A DNA stretch of 64,000 nucleotides. Origin: Phoronis australis (Eukaryota > Animalia > Phoronida). Below the pieces are notes generated by a model that worked only from the letters and a program-made list of their open reading frames with translations, made no database searches and was not told the DNA's origin. A program made the translations under genes and the position numbers. Positions 28,898-42,894 of the stretch are shown piece after piece; the stretch's first letter is position 1; every line of letters starts with the position of its first letter. The stretch covers positions 417,861-481,860 of the forward strand of contig NMRA01000023.1 in assembly GCA_002633005.1 (NCBI GenBank), written 5' to 3'.

Positions 28898-31800
28898 CAC
28901 AGAGTCAAGCCCATATAATTTCTAAATGGTAACCAGGAAGTAGTCATTGTGATGGATGATGGGATACGAGTGATTAGTCAGTACACTGACTAGTAACGAC
29001 TGACCTTGTAAACAAGATTCATTTTATAAATGGACTTTTAGACACGTTGGAGATGGATAAGTGTGGACCTAAAGTCTGCATAGTTTTAATCCCTTGCTTT
29101 TACCTGAGAGTGTAAAATTGAGCAGTTGTGGAAGACTGGCGTAGAACTGATGTAATAGCTTAAAGCTGGATTAAGAATCTTGAATCGTTTATCTAATTAC
29201 CTCAATACATGCTAACAGGGGGAAAGATATAAAAATCGTAAAACACAGGTTGACAGAATTTTGTTTCTTCTGTTTGTTCACATGGAAATGAAAGTTGGAG
29301 CACTTTGATTTTCCATGCCGTTTTTCTTCAAAATTACGATTACGAGTTTACTGCCTAACTGAACCTTCTATTTTAGGGTAATTGATTATGTTGGTTAGAG
29401 TGAGTAGGAAAGTCATCTTCAACTTGTTCTTTTTCTTGTTGCGCAGATGTTAATGTTGTCTGTTACGAAGTTGATTGTTTGTGTTCTATTGGTGTTTTGG
29501 GGTTTCTGTAGTCAAGGTACAAGTAGTTGGCCATGCAAGCACTTTAAAGAAAGTACCTGGGCTAGCCCAATGCATTGTACAAAGCCTACCGGGGACCACC
29601 TTTTGGGCTTTTTAAAAACGTGTATTTCATTGAGGTGGCTGTCCAAAAAGAGCACCAGGGGTTCTTTCGGGGGAAAAAAAGTGGAGCTCATTTGGAAACT
29701 TGTAATGCCACGCCCTCATTCAGACATGGACTTTGAACATATGTTTTGTTAGGAGGTTTCGCTCTGTCGACAGCTTGACTAGAATAAGGAAGGTGCTGAT
29801 GAGGCTTGAATTGACGAGTGACTTGGAATATTTCAACGACTTTTAAAATGTAAAATCTTGTGAAAATACCTGACATAATGTCCACATTAATTTATAGGCT
29901 TTCAAACATTTTGAAATCTTGTTCAGAAAGAGCCCCGGTGAAGGCATTATCATGTTGGGGGTTCTTTCCGTAAGTCCTGATATTGTGTAAGTAGTTGACA
30001 ATGCTGATTCCAGTTTACATTGGAAAATCTGTAATGATGTCTAGCTGTTTAAGGCTGCCAAATCAAGAGTGCGGTGTTCTGAGCCGAGAATACACATTCG
30101 TGGTTTACATATCAAGAGATTATTGTCGGTCTGTGGGTATTGTTAGCTTCAACTTCAATCTGTCAGCTTGTTCTGTTGTTTGTTATCGAAGGTCTCCATT
30201 TTTGTCCGATTGCATTTTCAATTGGTGTCATGAAATATTACTGAATTGCTGTTTAATGAGCATTATCAGTTCTGCTGGTACATTTATAAGTCAAAGGTAC
30301 AGATTTTTTTCTTTTTGTTTTTACTATTCCAACTTGTGAGCTTGCTTGACACGGCATTCTAGGCTCAATTCTTAGCTGCCTTGTCAAAATCTTGGCCTCC
30401 GCATTTTTCCAAATAGTTTGGGATTGATGTTGCTTTAGTAAAATCTACACACTTTGGTACAAGGTTAAATCCATAAAAAAAGCGGTTTGCTAAGTACTGT
30501 TGAATATTTCTGTTGATATTACTGGAGCCCGTCGCTTTGTCAGTGCTTGCATGGCGAATCTGTGTTGTAAATAATCTGGGAAACTGTTGGAATATTTTTA
30601 AGGAAGAACTTCTAACTTGCTTCTTTTTACAGTGTGAACTGAAAAACTAAAACTTGCACCATTCTCTATAGTCTGACTCCTCTGTTGAACTAAACTGTAA
30701 TAATGTGAAGGATCTGAATATTCAGAAAATTTGCCGATGTCTTTAATTCATATTCGATTCGTAGCAACAGTCGAAATCAAGGGTAGGATTTGCCAGTTCC
30801 TTGCAGAACTGTTAAGGAAGCTCTTGTTAGCTATGGCATCCCCGAAAAGATGAATGTCTGGTGGGGTGAGATAATGTCCATTTACTTGTCAGTTGTCATT
30901 AGGACTCGACCTTTGTACATAGAAATTGTAATTGTCACCGTTATTTATTTGGACTGATGGAAGTAAGGAGGTCTGCTTGGTGTAAATTATTGGTGAAAAT
31001 GTACAATGTTATTCTAAATGTGTGCTTTACAACACAGCAATAGGTGAGCATCAAAGTGTCAGGAACTGGCCTCTGCGGTTGTTTGTTAGTGTTCAGTTTA
31101 TACTGGGGAAGTATTGTCAATACTTGTGCTCCATGATCTCTGTCATCATCACAGTAGTCACAATTTCATGAAACAATTGCGTAGAATTTCCGAAACGAAT
31201 AATCGCAGGTGTTATGTAATTGAAAGGAAATCTGGGGAGAAGTTAGCGTAACTAGCGCAGTAGCTAATGACCTAGTTTAACTGGAGCATAGATGCAAGAA
31301 GCAGCAGGAGAGTTCAACAACGCTAGCAGAATATTTGCCAAACTTTTTCTCAATTCTTTTTTAAGATTTGTCAATTTTAAAGCAACTGATGTAGCTGGAC
31401 CCTGCTGCTGTATTCATCATGTTTAGCAGTTAATATTTTAAGGAGTTCTGACAAAAAAGTATTTGCTAGTCGAAGAATAAAGTCATAGTCCGACGTGTGG
31501 TCCCCATGGATTCCTGGTCATTTCACTGGGCTGTACGCAGTCTTCTCTGACTGCAAGTTGAGAACTGCATTTGCTCAGTATGAAACTGCCAGTACAATGA
31601 TACTGTCTGACAATATTAATTACTTTGCCAAGACGTGACTTTGGTTGTCAACAAGAAAAGCAATCAATTCCAGAAAATGCTCCAGGTTGTCATAAAATTG
31701 CGAACTCAAAAATGTCGCATGTACTTCAGTTGCTGGCTCATTGAATTGGTTGTTCTTAAACCCAGAGCGCTTCAGTTATGACTCAGCTGCGAAATGGTTT

Positions 31801-32961
31801 ATATACTGAGCTGTTGGAAAAGCATGGTGGTCACTTGGAACCTGGACTCCTACAGCACTCCAATGCCAAATAGTTTATTCTTAAGCACAGGTGGCAGTGG
31901 AGATATTGGTGTCATTTTGCTTAGCTCAAGTGACAAAAGTTTTAATAATACTGGACATTTGTCCTAGCTGGCAAATCACCTGTAGTTTATATCGAGCAAA
32001 GAATAGAACTTGCTAATAGGTCATCTTGTAAAAATGTTTTGCTGTGTAGTATCTCTGGGTTATTTTATGCATGGTTTTTACCTTTAATTTCCAGCTTGTC
32101 TTTTGACTTCCTTTTATGGCGCATCTATTTTTATCAATTTCATCAGATAGTCCAACTCCAGGAACTCATTTTACTGATAGAAATTTCTTACCATAATGTT
32201 TTTCCACATGTTAAATTTGTTTGAAAATTCTGATGCATGGATTTACGAAGGTCTTTTAGATCTGTTTGATGGAACCCAGAGAGTTTTAGTTTTGTAGATA
32301 GATATGTTTGTGTACAGTAAAATACAATGAATTTGGAGAAATGACCGTCTTTCTTGTGTTGCACTGGTTATTAGGTCATGCTGAAATCTCAGACTTCCAA
32401 CTGGAATAGTCGGTGGCTAATGAAATTCCTTAATTATCCATGATTTTTCTTGTGCAATTTGGAACGTTTGATGGTTCCACCCCAAAATAAACAAAGCCAA
32501 CGATTTCACAGATGTTTGCTCAGACTTTTTTAAATATCACCAGTCTTTTAACAAGTCCCTCTACTGCTTGTAACATTATATCACTCCACCAGGTGGCATA
32601 AATGGCAGACTATGAATGCACTTGGTCAACAGAATTGTAATGCATTCTGTACACTTGTATGTTTTGGGGATTTTAAGTGAACCCTAGAAACATTTTGAAA
32701 AAGACAAATAATTACAGATAAATAAATCAGTATGCATTGGTATAGAGTAAAGTTGGTATATACTGCATATCAAAATATAGGTAAAGTAAAACTCGCGTGA
32801 GTTGTATCCAACCGCACCATATTTTATCCTAGTCTTGTGAAATGTGACTTGTTTGAAGAACTGCACCAACTAGAACAATGGTGGTCCACACATCCTGCAT
32901 GTGCAGCTCACACGAGTTTTAACAATATATACAGTGCAGAATTCAACTACAATGTAAAATC

Positions 32962-33268
32962 CCGGGGGGTCACTCATATTGACAAGGTGCCAGTGCCAGC
33001 AAGCATGTACCAAAAATTGCAGGTAGATGGTGCTTTCTCAGCAAGTTTTGCAGGATCCCCGTGGGGTCCAATAGGTCCCTTAAATTTCCATTTCATCCCT
33101 GCAAAATGCCTACTGTGTCTGCCTCAGCCCTGCAAAGGGTGCACTGTTCATGTTTCTATACCCCTCACAAAAGGGGCTGAAAATTTGCAGACCTGGCACC
33201 CGGTATAGGGGGTCTCTCGGCAATTTTTGGTTCATGCTTGTGGGCACCTTGTCAAGTGCTACCCACCT
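32962..33268. mobile_element. MITE with long imperfect TIRs between the DYRK1A and TMEM192 3' ends
   Basis: ttgacaaggtgcc...caagcatgtaccaaaaattg pairs with caatttttggttcatgcttg...ggcaccttgtcaa. Confidence 0.65.
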
Positions 33269-34240
33269 TAAAATAGCTATGTAGCACATATAGCGGATCT
33301 GTTTCAGAAAAAGTGACTTGAGTAAAAAAAGTTGTCTTCCACTCCAAACAAATACTTCAGAAAAATAACGAAATCTCGGTTGAGGAAGTCTCCGAGAGTA
33401 TGCACATACTTTCTATAGACTGGTGTGCTCATGATTACTAGTCCTGGCTGGACATTTTTCAACAATTGTCACGTGGGAGTGCATGACTTCAAGTCTTTAA
33501 GTTACTTCCATGAAACAGTTCCAGTACTCAATTCTGATACAAATAAAAATCACTTTTGAGTTGTGGAGAATTTAAATACTGTTTCATGATGACAAATTAT
33601 AGTGAAGATTTACCCTCGGGTTACTGCTATTTCAACCTTTGGTAGCACACTAGGAACCACAGAGCAAAGTAGCGTTCTGCATACATCTCTTTAGCTTTGT
33701 AACAGCACAAAGCATGTGCTTGGATCATTTTCTAATTCTGGTGTGCAAAACAGGCAGAGAAGAAACACGAATTTCTCGAGGGGCTCAACACAGTTTGTCA
33801 AAAAGAACCAAAACAGTCGTTTTATGACATCGACTAATTTCTAACATTTGAATATCATATTTGATTTTAAATAACATATAAATAAAGCTGAAAATTGTCA
33901 GTTTTGCATTGAATTTTTGTTAGAGCGTTAAATAATAGCGCCCCAGTCTGAACAGTCAGTTCCACCAAAGCTCAGGAATCAATTCTTGTCCAAGTAAGCA
34001 ACAGATTATTGCCAATTTCATCATAAAGGAAAGTGAGCCAAGTGTAGTCATTTTTTATAGAAAGCGGGATCAAAGGTGAAACTTTAAAATTAAAGGACAA
34101 GGGAGACATCATTACTTGTAAACACATGTTCACAGGATGCCTCTTTCTCCAAAAGTATCCAACAACTGCTGACTGGTCCTTGGAAAATGCTCAGTTGAGA
34201 TCAAATACTAGAGATGACAGCTCCCCAGAATATGCTCCGT

Positions 34241-34376
34241 TCACATGGTGTGATGTCTGTTACCCAGTTGTGTGGTCAGTTTTAATATTTTCTTTGCTAA
34301 GTTTGCATTATGCTGCTTCAAGTAACGAATCATGTCCGCTTGTTTCTCCAATACCTCATCCAAATACCCTTCATCT
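34241..34376 (-). CDS. TMEM192: TMEM192 exon 6 with stop
   Basis: DEGYLDEVLEKQADMIRYLKQHNANLAKKILKLT...* resembles human [30 protein letters not shown]. Total CDS is 819 nt = 272 aa. Confidence 0.92.
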
Positions 34377-34907
34377 CTGGAATAGAAATGCATGAACAGT
34401 ATAAAGTTTGTTGTTAACTATTATAACAAAATCTTGCCAATTTCGGCAAAAATAATGGAGTGAGCAATCTTGATTTTTCCATTTTTCAAAAGCTAACAAC
34501 ATTGAAGTGAACACCCACAACTTCTTAATACATGGTCCCACAGTGCAGAAATAACGACGAAAAATATTATTTTGCAATCTGTGTTACTTATCTCTTACGA
34601 AAAAGGAGTCCCTAACATTTAACTTGTCTGACATTAGTAAGATTTTACCATATAATAAATTAGTCTGAATGCGTGACCCACTTTGTGAAGATCTCTGGAG
34701 TACACAGCGAGAGAGAGCTCTCAAACAAAACAAGAGATACCTGTTTAGTAGTTCTGGAGAGCCCTTTGCAGCATGACAAACTTACACATTTTGTAAAAAC
34801 ATTTTTAGATGCTGTGTCATTAATTCCTCCCATGAGAGATGTCAAAAATTATAGACTGTTCACAGCTGATACCAGAATCCTAGCCATCACTTATTCTGCA
34901 AACCAAC

Positions 34908-35013
34908 CTGAAGCCTATTTCTGTAGCATGAACATGTGACATTAGGAAACTATTGCTGCTGTCCACATTCACATCAGGGGGCGCTTGTAACCGGTTGAAT
35001 TTTAAGGTTCTCA
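34908..35013 (-). CDS. TMEM192: TMEM192 exon 5
   Basis: VRTLKFNRLQAPPDV...HATEIGFR resembles human VKIRRFNKAKPEPDI...SETGFR. 106 nt, phase 1/2; too short for the ORF track. Confidence 0.9.
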
Positions 35014-36647
35014 CTGAAACAAAATGGATGAATTAAATTAATTGTCTTTGAGATGTCCTGACTACAAAAAGCATTGGAAGAACAAAATCATCAGACCAAA
35101 CTACTTTGTGAATCGCCATATTTCTGAAAACCTCTTGCCAAAAGACATCATCACAATAAAAAATCCCCACTCTGCTACATACATAATTGCTATGCAAGTT
35201 TCCAAAAATGTTTTACAGCTACAAGTGGTAAAATGGTACCATATGTTGCCAGGTGAAAGCTGTAAATTACAAACTATGCTAAACATAATGTAAAATTTTC
35301 AACTATCATCGATAAAAATGGAAAAATGAATTCCACTCTTCCAATAAACAGCGTCCAAAAAATACACAAAATCAACTGCGATTAACAAGAAATAGGTAAG
35401 CACTTAGGTATTAATTAATGTCTTATTTCCAGTATACACATGCGTTCAAACATTTTGCTTTCAAGTTCTCATTTTCAACTGAAATACATTAAATGAACCT
35501 TATACCCAGCACATTGAAGAAAGGCTACACATTCTTGAATCTAAAGCCTTCCTTTCTTTGCATAATAATAGCACAGCATACTTCAGATAAACCCTCACTT
35601 TTAGGACCAAGGCGAAAATGAGGCATTATCTGTCAGATGGTTTAACCGTGCCAATTTCAGGACATGCTTAGTCAGGCCTCAACCACTCAAACAGAGATGA
35701 TTAATATCACTGTCTTGATGAAATAGCAGGTAAAAAGCCCGACCACTGTCATAAAATCATGCTACAAGTTGAGTTCTGTACAGCAGAGCATCATACCACG
35801 ACCTTTGAATGCACAAGATACTAGAAAACGATTCACGTATGAGATGTATTTATAGAACTATGAACGACAAAATATTCTACACCGGGCCATATGACGATTT
35901 ACACAAGCAAAGTAGAATGTAAATTCATCACATGAGCTGAAGCAGGAGTGACGGTTTCACTAAAAGGCGGTACAGACAAATTAGGAATGATGAATTACGG
36001 GCATTCAAATGGCAAACAAATCAGTAATGACAAAAAGCGGTGGCAAATCCAAAATGTCAATTCACGGCACGACACTTTCTCCAAGGTTTACTCTACATCT
36101 CTGGCCTCGAGTCAAGTCCGCACATTTTTTTGTTCTTAATTGCCTCTGATCATTTTGGCGCCGACGTTTTGAGAGATTGATTGCTTGCAGAGTCTACCTT
36201 ACTGCTGTTTAGTTTTCACAGGGGGGAGTTTTGAGTTGCACCAAAATGTTTGAACGTACATATTGTAAATATGACATCGATTAATGCCAATGAGCTTATT
36301 TACTTTTTGTCAAAATTTTTGCCTAAAACCACAACTAGTACTACTGCATACGCGTACACATAAACCCATGTACCTGTATGTGAGGATGCACCTATATCCC
36401 AGGTCTCAAAATGAGTCAGGATACAGACCTGAGGCAATGCTTTTCTTGGCTTAACACCCAATTTTTAAGAGAAGTGCAGCAGATAGTCCGCTGTGCCTCA
36501 ACGTGAAGCTTACGCACATACACCTATATGTGAGACAGTTGAGTAAAAAATCTGCGAAAAAAACATAATTATCTTTGATGTAGGCATATGTGCTTTATAA
36601 CGCATATACAGTGCGCAAACTATTTTACACTGTGTAGGGTAACTAAC

Positions 36648-36800
36648 CTAAATACATTACCACACAAGGTAAAATGATAACGAGCTCCAGAGAGACGAGA
36701 ATCTTGAGATAATCAAGAGGCTTGAGAACCGATCCTGGACAAGGCTTACGGTTACAGAACTCTGTGAGAATGGTCAGTAGGATGACCAGCAAGGCACTGC
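36648..36800 (-). CDS. TMEM192: TMEM192 exon 4 (two hydrophobic helices)
   Basis: GSALLVILLTILTEF...YLKILVSLELVIILPCVVMYL. Bounded by ttacag and gttag; 153 nt, phase 1/1. Confidence 0.9.
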
Positions 36801-37568
36801 CTGTAACACATGGACAGTAGTCATAACTGAAATGTGACTGTAGTTTGACAAAACTTGAATCACTAAGTACAGGGTGATAAATTTTTAACATTTTTGACTG
36901 AGAGTATTTTGTCAATTTTTGGAAAATATCGTTCGGCGGCTGGAGGAACAAAGAGAGTTTATTAATGTCCTGTGAAATAACTCATGAAACAGTTAAATAG
37001 AGCAATATAAAAGTTTATTTGGACCACTCAGCTTCTTTTCCGCGGTAAGTAAAATCAGTGAAAAACTGTCATGGTCAGTACTGAATAACTCAATTACTAT
37101 GATCTGACAAAATTTACATCAACGAATCAAATTGGATTTGACATTACATCTGAATAAACAAACCCTGAGGTGAGCAAAAACACTTTGAAGAACGTTTTTC
37201 ACAAGGAAGAGTCTTGTACTACCGTTCCCTCAAACCACATTGATGATTTTCTACTGACGGCATCCTTTTCTGTGTGTTTCCCATCCCACAATCTGCGTTT
37301 CTCTTCTACCATTTTTCAATGCAGGAAACAGTCAACGTAGACCGTTAGCAAAGAGATGTGTTCACAAGAAAGGAATACCAGAACGAGAGAATGAATGCAG
37401 TTCATGAGATCGGAAGTGTTGGTAGCTTCCTGAGAAACCCCACGGAGGTTCACCACAATTATGGTACAAGTATCTTCCTATAATTAATTGACTGCCACAT
37501 CCACAGCGAATCTTTCATCACTTACTTAAAACTAGAGTAAACTAGACACCCAATTCAAATGAATTCAC

Positions 37569-37806
37569 CTGCTGACATCACCATGTTTGGGACTTTACGT
37601 AGAGCACACGTCTTACGGTAAAACTCCAGGTAGCCATTCCGTCGTGAAATGTTATGCTGGCGACAGACGTATCTGTCGAGAAGGTAAACAATGAGCCAGA
37701 CGACAGAGTGAGAGTAGGTGAGGCAGCCAACAACACCAACATGTTTGAAACAAACGTTGTTTGGGCATAGAGTCTCTAGAAGGAAGCTTTCAACAACCAG
37801 GATAAT
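37569..37806 (-). CDS. TMEM192: TMEM192 exon 3
   Basis: ...VWLIVYLLDRYVCRQHNISRRNGYLEFYRKTCALRKVPNMVMSAG resembles human [39 protein letters not shown]. 238 nt, phase 0/1. Confidence 0.9.
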
Positions 37807-39747
37807 CTGCAGAGAGAGAGAGTGAGAGATAGAAAGAGCAATTGGAATACAAAGTTCAAGCATGAATTGAGTTTATAGTAAAAACTTTTCAATTTTCTTC
37901 AGTAAGACAGTAGGTGACGTGGGTCACGTCTATGATTTCAAAGAAATTAGAATGTATGAATTAAGAAATTCATTGTGCAAATGCTTTAACATTAAGAGTA
38001 TTTTTCTCAAAATTAAAATTTTGAAAAGTTCACAATTTCGTGAAAAGTTTTAGTTCCCCAAACTGAAGAGAAATGCTGTATAGCTGTTTAAGTAAGCTTC
38101 TGTCAAAAATTATTATCAGCTATAAGCATGATATGCTCTCACTCATTTCAATGGTTCTTTGCTAATACGGGGATTAGGGACCAGGGCCTTCACTTATGGA
38201 CACAACCAAAAAAGCGTTGTTGGCATGCCGTTTATTAGCTGACCTAAACATTTAGTTAACCTCTTATAAAACTCACTTTTGAGGCACGAGTTTGAATCAA
38301 ATGTTGGCTGGCAGATTACGTACGTTGCATTAATTATCTCTTGACTCCCTGTGCCAAGACAACACTTCAGTGAATGAAACGGAATGACTGAGTTGGGGGC
38401 ATTGATGAGATTATCCTCAATGAAAATACTACTAAGAAAAGATTGCATGGGTATTCCATGGTTCAACATCTAAGGTAGATATAAAGTTTATTCCTAGTAA
38501 ACTTGCCACCGGACCCCTAAACAGGCATGGAAAATTATTATAAGTTTGTATTAAATTGCATTCATGTCCTTACAAGTGTTTGTCTAGTGTTTTTAAATCC
38601 TTGTTTTAATCGATTTCAATTACTAGCTTTTTAACTAAGGTTTTTAGTCCACGTGACGAAACGAACATGTTAGGCATTAGATGCTGAATTGTAGTCATGC
38701 ATTACCGGTAGTTAAAATTGCTATAAAACACCTGTCCAGTACCTTGTCTACGAGTTAATATCATGTCAAAAATCACAAACATTTTTAAGTCTGGTCTGCA
38801 TGCCACCAGTTGGCCACATCACGTGACCTAATGAACATAAATCTAAAGATTTCTGCTCCCAACCCGTGATATATATTTCCACACTCGTTCAAGTTTTACA
38901 TATATATCATGTCAGTGTATCAATCAAATCAAAACGTTGGAAGATAAATGTAACATAATGTATAACAAATCAGAATAACCATTCAAGGTATCTTGCACAT
39001 CCTATGAGTTATACCATAGCCCGATAAAAGTAAGAGCCATACTAGTATTTCGATTCTGGCATGATACAAGAGTAAATTTGAGTTGCAAAATCTTTCTCCT
39101 TTATGGTCAATAAGCTTGAGCCATTTTTTGTCCAGTTTACCCCTTAAGTCAACAATTTTTTGATTTGGCATAATATGAATTAACCCTACACAAGGTACAA
39201 ATTTATTCGCAACCACCAAGAATGACAACAGATTATTCCAATAATGGATCACATGGCAATGTTTCAGCTTAATAATACTATCAAAATACCAAAACCAATG
39301 ATTACATACACAGGTCAACAATAATCTGTGATTTGCTAAATAGGATTAGATCATAACATTGGCTTAGTCATTGTTGTCGAATACCCCTGGAACATTGAAA
39401 ATTGATTAACTACACAAAACTGTGACAAACTGCAACATAACTGCTATGTTACATCTTGAATTGGGGCCTCCTTCAAGGTACAACCAGATCAAGCGCTAAA
39501 TTCTTTAATATTCTTGGCCAAAGTAGTTTTCCAAAGATTTAGGCCAAGAGCAAAGTGCAATAATCCTAATTAAAAATTAAGATTCTAACTGGACACTATC
39601 TTAAGATCACAACAGTGATAAAACAACATTAGAGTGTAGTGCAATCAAAATTAAGCATGAGGCTGGAAGTTTGAGCGTTGTGCCTCAAAGTTTGGGCATG
39701 GTGCACCATCACGCCAAAAGGTCTTATTGAGAATATGGATCACCTAC

Positions 39748-39900
39748 CATGAGTAGCACCCACAAGAGAGCTGCCCAGACAGTGGAGAGTTTGTGAAAGG
39801 GAACTTCCCCAGACTCACACAGCTCAACATGGTCAGAGAGTAGCTCATCTGAACTACTATAGTTAATACTAATGCTGGCATCTTGCTCGAAGAAATGAGC
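39748..39900 (-). CDS. TMEM192: TMEM192 exon 2
   Basis: AHFFEQDASISINYSSSDELLSDHVEL...PFHKLSTVWAALLWVLLM resembles human TMEM192 DDPLL...RFHPLPTV. Bounded by ttttgcag and gtagg; 153 nt. Confidence 0.85.
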
Positions 39901-41347
39901 CTGCAAAAGAAAATACATATTGCAGACAGACGGTTAGGAGTGGTATGGTGAGGATAACACAATAAAATCTCGCAAGTTTAGGACACAATATGACAGACAA
40001 GGTAATTTTTATTTTTCATGGTTCTTCATAAAAGATTCGTACAACTAAAATAATCTGCATCTTCCATAAATGTGTGAGAGCTTCAGAATTGGTAAGACCC
40101 GAGTAATTCATATAAACCCATTCTAGGCAATTTTTGGGTTATCTTTCAAACTGATATATACTAAAAGGCCTTTCTCAATTTCCAGCCAATCAGAATGTCC
40201 ACAACCAGACCTTTCAACCAATGTCAGAGTTCAAATGTTGCTTTGTTTTGTTTACCAATGAGAAGCCACATTCATCGTCCTTTAACATAGAGAGCAAGCT
40301 AGCTATATATGACACACATCAAAACCTATTTGTATAACTTCACTGCAGAATGTACTAAGGTTGCCAATGTCAGTCATGCCCGTTACATGTGAGTTTCCCT
40401 GTGCTATCATGCCCAGATGAGTGTCCCCACTACAATTCCCACGCTTTGTTCTCAGGTACCAATACAAGTGCCCAGTTGGTAATTACTCTCAACCTGTCAA
40501 CAAGTTTGCAATTGCACGACAACTTGTGTTGGGACAAACTGCTCAAGATATATAGGGGTATATCATTTAGAAACACCGCATTTCGGGCCAGGGCCCTCGT
40601 TAATCTGAGTGAAAGGTGCCTTCTGGTAGGAAATTTTTGGGTGAGGGGAAAATTTTACTTCGCCTCTTCCCCCCCATCACCAGGCCTCATAAGCTCGGTC
40701 TGAAGTAACCAATACTAGCATTTTGTGCTGCTCCAAATCATTGCCTCAAGGATTTTCTAATCACTTGATGGGAATGTTTGTACCTCATGAGGGCAATTTC
40801 GCGTTATTTTGAAATATTTTTCAGGTGGGAATGAGGCCAATATTCAGCCCAAAATTCAAGGGATTGAGTGCCTTGCGAGCACTAGAGCACCAGGAGCAAG
40901 TTACATCTCCAAGAAGGGGTGGGTAAAGTGTAGCTTATGTGTTAAGTTGTCCACGTGCAATTATTGCAACCACCCTGTTGCTTCACCTACAGACAACTAG
41001 TTCCTAGGGTAACTTCTTCAGACTTAATTGAGTACTTTCACAGTGGCATATCTAGGATATCACAAGGAGACAACCACAATGTTTGAGGGAAACTTTCTGC
41101 AGTGTTGTGACACGTGGCTTTGAGGTGTGACCTACAGCCACATAAAGCCTCTCTAAAATCGCTTGCCAAGTGGCAATTGCCTCTTGGTTAAACGGTTGAG
41201 ACACTCAGCTCTCACACGTGCAGCCTAGATTCAAGTCTCAGAGTTGGAAATTTTCTACATTGGCGCCTCACTAAGGTATGACCCACTAAAAACCCTGAGA
41301 CGTAAATATTTGTTCCAACTGGCGGATGGGAAGGGTGGCAGCCTGGT

Positions 41348-41403
41348 TGTGGTGGTGGTGGTGGTGATTGTGGTGGTGGTGGTAGTGGTGGTGGTAGTGG
41401 TGG
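41348..41403. repeat. (GGT)n microsatellite; a similar tract resumes at 42839-42872
   Basis: Direct reading. Confidence 0.9.
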
Positions 41404-41404
41404 C

Positions 41405-41785
41405 CAGGGCTCGACGCTATTAAAATCGCCAGGTCGCATTTTGCGACCTAGCCAAAATCCCAGGTCGCATTTTCAAAATCCAGCTCGCATTCGTAAATGC
41501 CAGGTCGCAAAATTTTCCCGCCATTTTTACGCGCCAAAATAATTTTTTTAGATCGTCGAGAAAATGTTTAGATTATGCTCTTACCTGCAGCGTTAAATAC
41601 TCACAAATTTCGGATCTCAAAATTGACTTCATTCATGCAGGTACGGCCTTACTGTTCTTCACGACCGCCATTGAAAGACTCTAGAGCGCAAGGCAAGTTG
41701 CCGACGTGAAAGTTGAATCAGTGCTCTCTAACTGACTTGTGCATTCGAGTAGCTAAATTTGCGATGTGAAAAGGGAGAAAATTCC
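41405..41785 (+). mobile_element. hAT-like DNA transposon end in TMEM192 intron 1 (may extend to the gap at 42693)
   Basis: CAGGGCTCGACGCT terminus, homologous to 1894-2258; abuts a (GGT)n tract. Confidence 0.7.
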
Positions 41786-42692
41786 CGTTGAAAAAGTATC
41801 CGGGATTTTGTTAGATCTGGCCTGCTACTGACTGTTATCAAAGTCGTTAACGATTCAAACTAACTCGGGTAATGGCGAGTTTGCTCCTCAATACCTTCCA
41901 AGTACGGGAAAAATACTAGTTGGTCAGTCACAAAGCGACACGCATGTCACTAGTGTTAACTTTCTTTCCGAGGTATAAAACAAAGTCTGGATTTGGTTTT
42001 TACATATTGTGAAAAGACGTTTTTGAACACTGAAGTTGTGTAAAATGAAAGTGACACACCATATAAGCTGCGTGTCAATTTTAAACCACACGCGGTCGTT
42101 TGTAGTGCGCTATGATGGACGCTAGCTTGAACTGTGAGCGCTTCATTGGAAATTCTCAAAATTTAAGGGTGGACTTTTAATAGATCAGTGAGCGCTTATT
42201 ATGAAACACTTTAAAGGTAGGGAGTAGGCTTGTGCGTGAGCATAGTCGTTAACCTCAGTTTTTGCGGTAATAAGATATTAAAACGCTGCAATGGTAAGAG
42301 ACGTTATAATAATGCGATTTTGCGAGGCAAACTCCATCTAGTAGGGGCGACTTTCTGGATACCGTTACCACCTAAATTGTACCCTTTTTAGCCACCCGGA
42401 ATGATTTTGTTTTTAACTGCCCGCTTCAGCCAGAACAAGGTTGTTTCTATAGGAGTCTGAACATTTTACGGCGACGGTGGTTCGGGGAGCGAAAAGTTGT
42501 CGGGGGGATGTATAAAGAGAAGAATGGAAAGTTCGCTAACTTGAACCACAATTTCGCATCTAGTGCCCGTTTAGTTGCAATAGCTGGCTACGGGCATAGA
42601 ATACAGGGTTTACAGAACGTCGACCTCGGGAAACATCGGAACAGGACGGTATACTCTTTCATTTGGGACTGTCGCTGTTCTTTGCAGTGGTG

Positions 42693-42838
42693 NNNNNNNN
42701 NNNNNNNNNNNNNNNNNNNNNNNNNNNNNNNNNNNNNNNNNNNNNNNNNNNNNNNNNNNNNNNNNNNNNNNNNNNNNNNNNNNNNNNNNNNNNNNNNNNN
42801 NNNNNNNNNNNNNNNNNNNNNNNNNNNNNNNNNNNNNN
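42693..42838. other. Assembly gap (146 N)
   Basis: Run of N. Confidence 1.
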
Positions 42839-42894
42839 GTGGTAGTGGTGGTGGTAGTGGTGGTGGTGGTGATGGTACGTGGATCCAGAACACA

